Of a stretch of 64,000 nt of DNA, positions 39,355 through 52,259 are shown piece by piece. The first letter of the stretch is position 1. Each line of letters starts with the position of its first letter. The translations under genes were made by a program, and so were the position numbers. The notes below the pieces were generated by a model. That model worked only from the letters and a program-made list of their open reading frames with translations. It was not told the DNA's origin and searched no databases. This DNA comes from Octopus vulgaris (lineage: Eukaryota). Location of the stretch: assembly GCA_951406725.2 (NCBI GenBank), contig OX597827.1:18910001-18974000 (forward strand), given 5' to 3'.

Positions 39355-39819
39355 ATATATATATATATATTATATATAATATTCTTTTATTGTTTAACTT
39401 CTTTCAGTTATTTGACTGCGGCCATATTTATACATAATACATACATACAAGCATACACACAAATATACATGCATACAGGCATACACACACACACACTACA
39501 CACATGAATACATCTATACATAAATGTATGCATACATACATATATACATATAGATATATGGGTCCATGCATGCTACATGTGTACATGCATAAATGCACGC
39601 AGGTATACGTGCAGTGAAAAACGCAAACACATTGAAACACACACACACATAACGCTGTCATACACGTACACGCACACAAGCACGCAAACGAACATAACAC
39701 ACACACACATACAAACACACACACACACACACACACACACAGCAAAATCGGAATACCCGGCGATAGTCTCGTCAATGTTTTACGGTGGCTTCTTTACAGT
39801 TTTCCTTTCCAGTTTGTTT

Positions 39820-39893
<74 letters not shown>

Positions 39894-40443
39894 TGTTGTT
39901 GTTGTTGTTGTTATTTGTATTGTTGTAGTGGTGGTAGTTGTGGTGGTAGTAGTAATATTTGTTGCTATTGTTATGGTAGGTGGTGGTGGTGATAGTAGTA
40001 GTAGTAGTAGCAGTGTTGGTGGTAATGATGGTGGTGGTGGTAGTAATTGTGGTGGTGGTGATAGTTGTGGTAGTAGTAGTAGTGGTGGTGGTGGTAGTGG
40101 CTTTGGTGGTGATAGTAGTAGTAGTAGTAGTACTAGTAGCAGTGTTGGTGGTAATGATGGTGGTGGTGGTGGTAGTAATTGTGGTGGTGGTGATAGTTGT
40201 GGTAATAGTAGTAGTGGTGGTGGTGGTAGTGGCTTTGGTGGTGATAGTAGTAGTAGTAGTAGTAGTAGTAGTACTAGTAGCAGTGTTGGTGGTAATGATG
40301 GTGGTGGTGGTAGTAATTGTGGTGGTAGTGATAGTTGTGGTAATAGTAGTAGTGGTGGTGGTGGTAGTGGCGGTGGTGGTGATAGTAGTAGTAGTTGTAG
40401 TTGTAGTTGTTGTTGTTGTTGTTGTTGTTGTAGCAGTAGTAGC

Positions 40444-40496
<53 letters not shown>
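39820..40496. repeat. Compound trinucleotide repeat (GCA/GTA/GTT/GGT) with a three-copy higher-order unit of about 130-140 bp
   Basis: AGCAGTGTTGGTGGTAATGATGG recurs near 40009, 40138 and 40279. Confidence 0.9.
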
Positions 40497-42083
40497 ATGT
40501 GTTACATCCGCATCCTCAGCCGAACGGTGCCAGTTTCCTATCTTGGCGTTATAATCAGTGATAAGAGAGGTGAAGGTAGCGGTGGTAGGAGTGCTGCTAT
40601 GTTATCGTGGTGGGGGTGTGGGGCGGGGGGTGGGGCGGGGGGTGAGGTGGGGTGAGGTGGGGAGAGTGTTGTATGTTGTTGTTGTTGCTGCAATGGCATG
40701 TTGGAATATATATTGCTGGGTGGGTGGGACAGGTTTACGAATGCTGTTTGGGTGTGGTGATGATGTTGGCGTTGACGGCAGCGGCGCCGGCGGCGGCGGC
40801 AATGGCGACGGATGAGGAGGTTCGGTCAGGTGGGTAGATCATAATTGGGTAGGAAGCGGGGGTAGAAGTTGAATTAAATAAGAGGTGATATCTTTAATTT
40901 TAAATCTTTTTTCTTGTTTCAGTCATTAGGCTGCGGTCATGCTTGGGCACAGCCCTGAAGAAATTTATTCGAACGAATCGCTCCTAGTACTTTGGTTTTA
41001 AGCCTGGTGCTTATTCCATCCTTATCTTTTGCCGAACCGCTTAGTTACTTACAAAGGTCGTAAACACACCAACACCAACACCAACATGGAGACGAACACC
41101 ATTCCTCCATGTGACCGAATTGAAAAATTGTTAAGATATTAAGATATTTTAGCATGAAACCAATGGTAGCGTTAGCACACAAATAGAGAAATTTTATTCA
41201 CACACACACACAAACATACGCACGCACATGCACACTCTCATCCGTTATGTGCGGTAGAGGCAGTACTAGTTTAAAGCAGCAATCTGTGTCTCATACTTAA
41301 AACAAATATATCGGTGGAAGCTTAATTAACTTCTATCTTCGTCTCGAGGTAACATTGCTTATTGAGGTTTAGTGTTGAACACAGAAATGTATCAGCAACA
41401 GAAGCAAATTGCCCATCATCTTTGGTGGTGCTGCTAAATGCATATTTATGCCTCTTTGGGCTTCGTTTGCAGCAAGTATCCACTGGCAACTGAATACTAA
41501 GGCAAAATCGACTGGTAGTGATATAGTAAAAATAATGATTGAGAAATCAGTGATGCTGCAATTAGACGGCGGACAGAAAAAAAAATTCCGTTATGTGCAA
41601 TAGAAGTGGTAATAGTTTACAACAGTAATATGTGTATCATGCTTAAAGCAGAAATCACGTCTCGAGAAAGCCTTTCTGTTAGACATGTGCTAAAAAATAA
41701 AAACAAGAAAAATATCAGTAACGAAAATCGCTCAGCAGTCTTGGTGGCTTTGCTAGATGCGCACTTCTGTTTGGTTGATTCTTACTGGTCAACCCCTTGT
41801 TAGGTGGTGTTAAGGTTGTAGGTATCAGAGATTGGCCACAGTGTCGTATTTAAGGGAAATTGTCTGAACTAACGCATCATTATTGGAGTTAGGTTCACTG
41901 CTGTGCTAATAGGGGTTCGGCCTGAAGGAAATGTCTCAGATGAAGATCTTATTTGGTTTTGTTCCTATCGGGGTCGATGAAGGAAATGTCTCAGATGAAA
42001 TCTCATTTAGCGAAATAGCTGGGCGATTTAGGATCTGAAGCCATAGCATTCAGTTTTGTGCTCTGTTTTTATATGATGTAATT

Positions 42084-42458
42084 GTGGAGGCGCAATGGCC
42101 CAGTGGTTAGGGCAGCGGTCGTAGGATCGCGGTTTCGATTCCCAGACCGGGCGTTGTGAGTGTTTATTGAGCGAAAACACCTAAAGCTCCACGAGGCTCC
42201 GGCAGGGATGGTGGTGATCCCTGCTGTACTCTTTCACCACAACTTTCTCTCACTCTTACTTCCTGTTTCTGTTGTACCTGTATTTCAAAGGGCCGGCCTT
42301 GTCACTCTCTGTGTCACGCTGAATATCCCCGAGAACTACGTTAAGGGTACACGTGTCTGTGGAGTGCTCAGCCACTTACACGTTAATTTCACGAGCAGGC
42401 TGTTCTGTTGATCGGATCAACCGGAACCCTCGTCGTCGTAACCGACGGAGTGCTTCCC
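42084..42458 (+). mobile_element. SINE family C (tail type i)
   Basis: Near-identical to the reverse complement of 19915-20298; TSD ATATGATGTAA. Confidence 0.9.
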
Positions 42459-42829
42459 CAAAAATATGATGTAAATTAATTTTCTCCACTTTGTTCAGTC
42501 AATGTTATTAAGACGTTTGAATCTGTTGTCTCTAAGTTTTCAAACGAATCAGAACAAAGAACCAGTGTCTTGGCTGTTCTCTCTCTTAAACGAATGAAGA
42601 TACTGAGTATAATGGCCTTCAAAGGTGTTCGTGATGAAAGCTGTATAGTTCGTTTAAATATCATCCTTGTTCTATACACATCGCTTTGGAGAAACACGTT
42701 CCTGAAAACAGACAGTGTGTGAGGTTTCTGTAGTTAGAGGCTGGCTCTTCGAAGGGACTGTCTTGGTGTGTATTTTAAATTTTGAAAAGAAATCTAGGAA
42801 AGGAATGCTATCCAGGCTGAGCTTAATAT

Positions 42830-43340
42830 TGATTCAAATTTTGGCACAAGGCCGGCAACTTCAGGGGAGCGGGTAAGTCGATTACCAAGACCCCAATACT
42901 CAGCGGGTAATCAGCTGGCAGAAACGTTAGCACGTCGGGCGAAATGCTTAGCGGTATTTCGTCTGCCGTTACGTTCTGAGTTCAAATTCCGCCGAGGTCG
43001 ACTTTACCTTTCATCCTTTCGGGGTCGATATATTAAGTACCAGTTACGCACTGGGGTCGATGTAATCGACTTAATACCTATGTCTGTCCTTGTTTGTCCC
43101 TTCTATGTTTAGCCCCTTGTGGGTAATAAAGAAATGGGTACTTATTTTATCGACCCCGATAGGAACAAAAGCAAAGTCGACCCCGGCGTCATTTGAACTC
43201 AGAGCATAAAGACGGACAAAATGCTGAAACAATGAATACCAAAGTCGAACCCTGGCAGAATTTGAACTCAAAAAGTAAAGTCAGGAGAAATGCCGCTAAG
43301 CATTTCGTTCCGCGGTAATGATTCTATCAACACACCGCCT
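42830..43340. mobile_element. Nested SINE family B copies in both orientations
   Basis: A plus copy at about 42913-43134 lies inside older minus copies. Confidence 0.8.
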
Positions 43341-43362
43341 TAGATGTATATGTATGTATATT

Positions 43363-43403
<41 letters not shown>

Positions 43404-43485
43404 CCGATGTATGTATGTATGTATGTATGTATGTATGTATGTATGTATGTATGTATGTATGAATGTATGTATGTGTATATGTATG

Positions 43486-43523
<38 letters not shown>

Positions 43524-43525
<2 letters not shown>

Positions 43526-43958
43526 AGAGGAAATGAGGTACTCAGAAATTCGGATGGTTTTATATTTACAGATATTTATTTGTATATTACATGTATATAC
43601 ACGTATATACGTCATATAACTTAGATCATATATTAGCGCTTTCTCCCATTCTAGTGGGGCTTTCAAATCGAACTAAGTTATATATATATTAGAAGAAACG
43701 AGGTAGTCGGAAATATGGATGGTTTTATATTTACAGATATTTATTAGTACGTTACATGTTTTTATAAATCATATATCATATAATAGCGCTTTCGTCCACT
43801 CTAGTAGAGTTGTCTAGTGGAATTGTCAATTTGACAACTCCACTAGAGTGGACGAAAGCGCTAATATATGTTATATGATTTATAAACACATGTAACATAC
43901 TAATAAATATCTGTAAATATAAAACCATCCAGATTTCCGACTACCTCGTTTCTTCTAA
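43524..43958. mobile_element. (TA)n-embedded three-copy element: two minus copies plus a plus copy forming a head-to-head palindrome centred near 43830, with an HHR-like motif at the heads
   Basis: 43689-43814 is the reverse complement of about 43833-43958; 43524-43670 is a diverged third copy; plus-strand motif UUGACAA-CUCCAC uaga GUGGAC-GAAA-GCGC-UA. Confidence 0.75.
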
Positions 43959-44084
43959 TATATATATATATATATATATAGTAAGGAAAAAAATTTTTTT
44001 TAAATTTTTTTAAAAATGCAGAATGCTCAAATGAAAGAAAATTTTAATAAAATGAGAAATTGATAAAATACATAAATATATATT

Positions 44085-44125
44085 TATTCAACCGGTTTTC
44101 GTCATTGTATGACTTGTCAAGAATA
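44085..44125 (-). ncRNA. Minimal type-I hammerhead motif, U3:A8 core variant
   Basis: Minus strand uauuc-UUGACAA-GUCAU aca AUGAC-GAAA(A)C-CG-GUU-gaaua: perfect 5-bp stems I and II, palindromic AACCGGUU, one extra A. Confidence 0.6.
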
Positions 44126-44213
44126 TTTATGTTTAAAAAGTTTTTTTAAAAATTAGAAAGGGGAAAAAAGAAAATTGCATTGTTTTTTGCAAAAGAATAA
44201 TGATATTTATTGA

Positions 44214-44282
<69 letters not shown>

Positions 44283-44472
44283 AGAGGGGGAGAGAACGTA
44301 GAATATAAATAGAAAGTCCTTGGCACGGTATTATACATTTGAGAAAATGAAAAAATATGAAATTTCTTTCAGAGTCGCCTTGTGTAAACATCTAATAACT
44401 TATAAATGTCTAATTAATTAAGTGAAAAATTATCAGAAAAGCCATTTCTATTCATTATTTTCAAACATGTAT

Positions 44473-44600
44473 ATAAGTCGACCATGGTATGATTTGTCAC
44501 AAGTTGTGTAATTTTGGCATAGTTGGAAATCTTAGAGAATGGCTACATGACTTTCTAAAAGATAGAAGTCAGGCAGTGGTGGTCAATGGGGCCACCTTCA
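44473..44600 (+). mobile_element. CR1-like RT micro-fragment
   Basis: VDHGMICHKLCNFGIVGNLREWLHDFLKDRSQAVVVNG, comparable to the same RT region at about 63200-63320. Confidence 0.75.
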
Positions 44601-44990
44601 ACGAAGCTCCGGCAGGGGGTGGTGGTGAACCCTGCTGTACTCTTTCACCACAACTTTCTCTCACTCTTTCTTCCTGTTTCTGTTGTACCTGTATTTCAAA
44701 GGGCTAGCCTTGTCACGCTGAATCTCCCCGAGAACTACGTTAAGAGTACACGTGTCTGTGGAGTGCTCAGCCACTTGTACGTTAATAAATGAGCTGCGAC
44801 GTCAATGGTACCAAGCTGTATCAGCCTTTGCCTTTCCCTTGGACAACATCGGTGACGTGGAGAGGGGAGGCTGGTATGCATGGGCGACTGCTGGTCTTCC
44901 ATAAACAACCTTGCCCAGACTTGTGCCTCGGAGGGTAACTTTCTAGGTGCAATTCCATGGTCATTCATGATCGAAGGAGGTCACAATCAC
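44601..44990 (+). mobile_element. Chimeric SINE pieces (family C body plus the 3' part of the 13955-type SINE)
   Basis: Homology switches at about 44788. Confidence 0.75.
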
Positions 44991-45446
44991 AATGTATGTA
45001 TATGTATGAATGTGTGCGTGTGTATAAGCATAAAATGCTAGTTCTAAAATCTTTCTAAGAGATCAACGCAGTAGTTGTACTAACAAGTAATGTTCATAAC
45101 TATTTCTACATGGCTGTCCGTTGGATTGGGCAGCCATGTTGAAGTGGCTACGAACGTGCCAGTGTTCAGCTTTTGCCGAATGACCAGCGCAAATGATTTG
45201 TTCATTGTGATCAAATGTTCGTACCTCATATTAGCTCCCACTCGCCATCAAATCGATGTTGTGTGAACAGGTGCACGGTATGCCGCGCGTTAGGTGTCGA
45301 AGTGATGGCAGTGCAACATGAGAAGAAGTGCTTTGCTCAAGAAGACAATGCACCACGCGGGCTAGGAATTGAAACCACGATCGCTAGATCGTGAGTGCTA
45401 CACCCTTACCACATATATACATACATACATGCATGCATACATACAT

Positions 45447-45945
45447 TGGCAGAAACGTTAGCTCGCCCGACGAAATGCGTAGCCGTATTTCGTCTGTCGT
45501 TACGTTCCGAGTTCAAATTCCGCCGAGGTCGACTTTGCCTTTCATCCTTTCGGGGTCGATAAATTAAGTACCAGTTACGCACTGGGGTTGATGTAATCGA
45601 CTTAATCCCTTTGTCTCCTCTGTGTTTAGCCCCTTGTGGGTAGTAAAGAAATACATACATACATACGTACATACATACATACATACATACATACATACAT
45701 ACATACATACATACATACATACAAGTTTCCAACAAAGCCGGCATGCTGGCAGAATTGTTAGCACAACGGGCGAAACGCTTAGCGATATTTCATCCGTCCT
45801 TACGTTCAAATTCCACCAAGGTCGGCATTGACTTTCATTCTGATTTCTTATTTTTTTATTGTCCACATTGACTTTCGTGCTTTTAGGGTCAATAAAATAA
45901 ATACCCGCTGAGTACCGAGGTCGATGTAATCGAATTCACTACTCC
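45447..45945 (+). mobile_element. Two SINE family B copies separated by (TACA)n
   Basis: Family B motifs at 45447-45651 and a diverged copy at 45735-45945. Confidence 0.8.
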
Positions 45946-46226
45946 TGGATTATGAGTATAAAAACAACAGCATCCCTGTGCCAAGCCATGTTGAGCCAGT
46001 GTGACAGAGTGGGCTCATCAAACCAGTGTGATTTTAAGTTCAAATTTGCGGTCTACACATCAGACCGTGCTTGGTAGAGAGAACTTGCTGAGGCCCTCGT
46101 CCTGCAGAGACCGAACATGGGCAATTCAATCCAATGCCCAAGATATTTCAGATCAGTTATGGAGAAGAAAGGCATCAATTAGGTAAACTGCGATGTACTT
46201 TCTGAGGCTCAGGTATCTACTTATAA

Positions 46227-46316
<90 letters not shown>

Positions 46317-46483
46317 CATACGCACATACATGAACATATTTATGGATATGATAAGCAACTAACGAGAATCTACATAGCACACGACCGTTAGATATATCTC
46401 TTCTGCGCAGAAGTGTTCACGTGATCGAGTGCACGTACGCAAAAAAATAAGCAGCAACGGAGTGAATCATAAACTGATTCCTA

Positions 46484-46543
<60 letters not shown>

Positions 46544-46696
46544 CCCAACATATATGTGAACACACACGCACACATGTATGTATATATGTATATATATACA
46601 TGAATGTATGCATGTATGTGTGTATACGTGTAGATATGTAAGTACATGAGAATATGCATATATACATATATATTTATATACACACACACATAGATG

Positions 46697-46748
<52 letters not shown>

Positions 46749-46958
46749 AATAATTACATAGTTATAAATATATATATGTGTATATATGTATTTATATATA
46801 TATATATTCATATATATATAGTAATTTGATTATACGTAAATGCATATAGCTACATCTATATCGGTAAATACATTTATTTATGTATATATGCGTATATAGA
46901 CTTATATATACATATACTATGCTTTACAAGCAAACACTATATACTTGCATACATAGAT

Positions 46959-46989
<31 letters not shown>

Positions 46990-47395
46990 AGCGTGTGTGT
47001 GTGCATGTATTTATATATATATAAGCGCGTGTGTGTGTATGTATGTATATATATATACGTATGTATGCATGTGTGTATGTATACACACACACCACGCACA
47101 ATATATCTCAGACTTTACGAAGTTCAGCTGACTGACCCAAAGTGAGGGGAGAATGAAGTAGAAGAGACGACGATAAAAACTCAAGATGGCGATATGGTCA
47201 ACAACCGTTTGTCTTGACGGCGTCTTTTCTTTTATCAATGGAGGAAAAGAACGAGTTAAACGTAGTCAAGATGGCGATCTCTGAAGACAGAACAGTAGAT
47301 GTATACACTCAAACAAACGGCTGGATTGCCGGGAATGTTGCTCGAGGATGTAAATAGTATAGATATGTTCATACACTGATTTGTGTGTTTGAGTG

Positions 47396-47470
<75 letters not shown>

Positions 47471-47744
47471 ATGCACACATACGTAGGCAAGTACGTACAT
47501 TGAATTTAAGAGAGGAAAGTACTCAGCATAGTAGACTGTATATACATGCACACACTTGTATGCGTTTGTGTGTATGTGTTGTATGTGTGCATTTGTGTGT
47601 GTGCGTGTGTGTGTGTGCGTGCATTTTCTATGTACACACACTTATCTACTTTATGATATATATACACACACACAGACACACAAAGTGACATATATATAGG
47701 TGTATTATATATTATATATACATATATATATATGTGTGTGTGTA

Positions 47745-48050
47745 CATAATACATACATACATGCATACGTACATACATACATACGTACGTACGTACATAC
47801 GTACATACATACATACGTACATACATACATACATACATACATACATACGTACGTACGTACATACGTACGTACGTACATACGTACATACATACGTACATAC
47901 ATACGTACGTACGTACATACATACATACATACATACATACATACATACATACATACATACATACATACATACATACATACGTACGTACATACATACATAC
48001 ATACATACATACATACATACATACATACATACATACATACATACATACAA
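47745..48050. repeat. (TACA)n/(TACG)n microsatellite
   Basis: Direct reading. Confidence 0.97.
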
Positions 48051-48183
48051 ACATGTACACGTCTTTTCTTTTGCTTTCTGAAAGAAATCTCACTACTAAA
48101 GAAAACTTCAGTCTCCAACCCGAAAACAAAGCTCTTTCATCGGAATTTAAACATCAACTTGGTAGCCATGTATATATGTTTGC

Positions 48184-48267
<84 letters not shown>

Positions 48268-48678
48268 ATGTATGTATGTATGTATGTATGTATGTATGTG
48301 TGGGTGTGGGTGTGTCTTTTCGTGTGTATGTATATACGTGTGTATACGTGCATGCTTATTTATTTCACCTCATACATACGTGAATGTTTGTCTATATGCG
48401 GGTAAAATAATATACTTCACCAAACGTATGTGTACGTACACATACACGCGTGCCTTCAAGTCTCTATATGAACCCATGAACATGCTAAATTTCTCAGATG
48501 CTTTACATATTTTCAGAATTCCATTAATGGCTTATAATTGTAATTTCCTATTTAGCCGTTTCCTTTCTGATTCTATGAAGACAGTTTTCTCAAGATTAGT
48601 GCTGACTCAGTAAATTACACATGCAAATGTCCCGAAAACTACAGGTGTAAACCAAAAGTAACATACTTTGTTGGTTTT

Positions 48679-48983
48679 TGTTTGTTCCTTCTCGAGCGAT
48701 GCCTGGCTCATAAGGGCCGGTTTTCCGGTTTCTTGGCGTATAGGTTCCCCCACCTGGACGGGACGCCAGTCCGTCGCAGGTGAGCTGCAAGATGCAGGAG
48801 GAAAGAGTGAGAGAAAGTTGTGGCGAAAGAGTCAGCAGAAGTTTCGCCATTACCTTCTGCCGGAGCCGCGTGGAGCTTTGGTGTTTTCGCTCATAAATAC
48901 ACACATCGTCCGGTCTGAGATTCGAACCCGCGATCCCTCGACCGCGAGTCCGCTGCTCTAACCACTAGGCTATGTGCCTCCAC
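48679..48983 (-). mobile_element. SINE family C (tail type ii)
   Basis: tRNA-like head, core, tail CCTGCGACGGACTGGCGTCCCGTCCAGG; TSD GTAACATACT. Confidence 0.88.
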
Positions 48984-49367
48984 CAATGTAACATACTACG
49001 TTATGGTAGCTGCCGATCAATCGTTAGTTTGCTATGTATATTTTCTACTTCTTTTATATTTGAAGTAGTGGTTAGCCTCGTGTTATGTCTAAAGTAGTGG
49101 TTAGTCTAGCTTTTGTACTCACGATCACTAGATCGTGTGTTCGATTCCTCGACTGGGTGATGCATTGCGTTCTTGAGCAAACACTTAATTTCACATTGCC
49201 CCAATCCCCCTTCGATCAGGAGCGATTGTTAGCCTGCTCGCCTAGCCAGTGGGGTGGCGTCATTTGAAGGCTAAAACAATGCAAAAGCGCACTGTAACCA
49301 GCGATGTGTAGCAACTTCTTATAGCCTCGTCGGTCACGTGATAATATTATTACCATATTATTTTACA

Positions 49368-49575
49368 AGGCAGCAAGCTGGGAAAGCTGTTAGCAAATCG
49401 GACAAAATGCTTAGTGGCACTTTGTCTTCACGTACTGATTTCAAATTCCGCCAGAGTCGACTTTGCCTTTCATCCTTTCGTGGTCGATAAAATAAGTACC
49501 AGTTAAACACTGGGATTGACGTAATCCACTTACCCACTGCCCCGAAATTACTGACCTTGCGCCAAAATTTGAAAC
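49368..49575 (+). mobile_element. Diverged SINE family B
   Basis: GTCGACTTTGCCTTTCATCCTTTCG...AAGTACCAG. Confidence 0.75.
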
Positions 49576-49580
49576 CGGTA

Positions 49581-49602
49581 TTTATATATATAACATTCTT
49601 TA

Positions 49603-49643
<41 letters not shown>

Positions 49644-51108
49644 ATGTCTGTATGTATGTATGTATGTATGTGTGTATGTATGTATGTATGTATGTATGTA
49701 TGTATGTATGTATGTATGTATGTATGTATGTATGTATGTTCCCTATGCATTCTCAAACGCGCTCGACCAAATCAAATCAAATTTTACAAGGTAATAGTAT
49801 CAGACCCAGGACAGTATCAACATGTAACTTTTATTTTATTTGGATTAAAGCAATATAACATAGGCACTGGTTCGGTATTACGAGTCAAAAGTGAAAGAAT
49901 AACATCTATATTGTAAAGTGATATAATACTGTTTCACTTTTATTCTTTCACTTTTAATTCTAATGTGATAACACTAAGATCATCTTATTTCTATTATATT
50001 TGAAATAAATAAATAATTTACATCCTAATGGGAACAACATTACGCATCGGAAATTTTGGAATGGTGTGTCAGTGTTGTACAATATTGAAAAAAATATGCC
50101 ACCAATGAAAAGACGTATTCTCTCCAGAAACAAGTATAAAGCAAAGAGGATTGTAGAAAACCGAAGGCGACAGTCTCAAGAGAGAAGGGAGATGAGACTT
50201 TCTCAAGATCAGCAAAGACATGCTGCAACACGTCAGACAGAATCTCAAGAGAGAAGAGAGCTAAGACTTTCCCAAGATCAGCAAATGCATGCTGCGGCAC
50301 TTAATGCTGGATCATTAAAATAACATTTTAATGATTAGACAGAGGTCAATAGAATAGCTCTCCGAAATAGACTGCGTACAAATTCGTTCTTCACAACTCC
50401 TGGAGCTGCTTTCAGATATGATCCATCCTATTCTTATAAAAATGATAACTTTGTCGAAATTGGTGTGCTATACTCAAATTGTTGTTTCTGCAAAGCTTTA
50501 ACATTTCCAAATGAAATTAATGGCATGTGCTGCTCAGGTGGTAAGGTAAGATTGCCAGCACTACCAGCTCCCCCTCAAACTCTTATGGATCTTCTGGAAG
50601 GCACTTCCATCCAGTCAAAGAATTTTCTTAACAATATCAGACAATACAATTCTGCTTTTCAAATGACATCGTTTGGAGCATCTGAGAAGATAGTTGAACA
50701 TAGATTTACGCCGACGTTCAATGTTCAAGGGCAAGTCTATTACCTCAGTTGTTCCCTATTATCCACAAATGAACAACCACAGTTCCTCCAAATATACTTT
50801 GTGAGTGATGTAGAACAACAAACCCGAAGGAGGTATCAAAACTTCAGACGACGGGTCGTATTAGATGCAGCACCGACTGCCGCAAAGGAGAGTATATCCA
50901 CTGACAGCTTTTCGGTGCGTTCAAAAATCACATAACCCCCACCCCACGGACACATGGCATGTCGCTTAGTGGAATCAGCACATCATTTACTCCACAAATG
51001 TTTGGTCATCAATGCTGCACTTTCCCGTATCACCTGTTTCAACATAACTGTAATATATACACAAACTATGCCATTTTAATCCCGTCCAACGCCGGGTATC
51101 TCTGCTAG
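49581..51108 (+). mobile_element. Internally deleted Helitron with a RepHel N-terminal remnant
   Basis: ORF track 50066-50323 (charged repeats ESQERRE.RL) and 50465-50935 (CCFCKALTFPNEINGMCCSGGKVRLP; FLNNIRQYNSAFQMTSFGA; FNVQGQVY). The 3' end is CCCGTCCAACGCCGGG..CTGCTAG|T; the 5' boundary is inferred. Confidence 0.85.
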
Positions 51109-51574
51109 TTATAATATATTATATTATATTATATAATATTATATTATTTTATTTTATATTATATTATATTATATTATATTATATTATATTAACGTTTGCA
51201 GTAAAATTGTTTTCAAACGCGGAAGATCCTACATGGTCGCTCGATCTGCTAGAAATTTGATCTTATCACAAATGAGGAAGGAACAGATTAAATAATGAAG
51301 TCCTTCACACCACTACTAATACAGGTTGGTCAAGCTGAAACATCTTTGATTGCAGATCTGGTTAATCAATGCTTACCTGAGTTTAAATAACAACTCGTAT
51401 TGTGCACATTTTGTTTCTAAGTCTAAGATCATAGTCTGGTTTGTTATCCCTACTTTTAACTGAAATTTTGATAGAAATATTCTACCCGTATTCTTTTATG
51501 TTATAAGATATTATGGCCTCTACATCACTGTAATTTCTTATATTTATATATTTAAGACTACACTTTAATTCTAG

Positions 51575-51885
51575 ATGTTTTGGCCACAATATCCCTCATG
51601 CTGGCCATATATGAAACAGGTCCCTATGTGGATTTTTGTCACCTGTCACCCAGACTGTCAAACAAAGACGGCTAAAATTCGCATGCCACTGCTTTCGTCG
51701 AATAGATCAGTATGTCGGTGCACTGATAGCTTTTCTGTAACCTCGTGGGGACGTTCAAGCCTGCTTGTCAGGCCCGCATGATGTATGTCAATGAAGTTAT
51801 GCGGGGCACAGGACTGTTCACTGGTTCAGAATTAGCACGCGCGATGTCATCTCGCAGACCCTGGAGGAAAAGTTGGCTGTCGAGT
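51575..51885 (+). mobile_element. Old RTE-like LINE C-terminal remnant
   Basis: Frameshifted AGHIYE... and RPA...YVNEVMRGTGL..ELARAMSSRRPWR resemble RTE C-termini. Confidence 0.45.
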
Positions 51886-52259
51886 TGGAGTCAACGTCCA
51901 CGAGTGTTGTGGCGTTGACTAATAAGAAGATGGCCACGACATCAAAAAGGAAGTGATTGAAGAAAACCAATCAAAAATATAAATGAAATTAGGTATACAA
52001 ATAATTAGATATATAAAACATGCCATTGACCCCCGCCCCTAACTAAGAAAGCGGGCATTGGGGTAATGTCTATATGCATCCATTTACTGGTTGCATATCC
52101 ATGAATTTTTACACATTCCATCGGCTAATTATTAACATTACAACTATTACATAATTCCGAATCTTAGAAACAGCTGTCGAGTTAAAAAAAAGCTATGCAT
52201 TCTACCCTTGTTTTCTGTATTTCTTATACTCCGTGTAAAAGTAAATTCATTTGTCAATA

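Noticed and set aside
39577-40561. 325-aa and 193-aa ORFs
   Set aside because: These are translations of CA and trinucleotide repeats that lack stops by composition.
41923-42000. 22-bp direct repeat TGAAGGAAATGTCTCAGATGAA
   Set aside because: It flanks a short stretch containing a SINE-B-like piece; most simply a TSD or small duplication.
42084-42155. tRNA genes at SINE heads (also 5998, 57376 and others)
   Set aside because: A/B boxes are present, but I could not form a complete cloverleaf and each continues into a SINE body.
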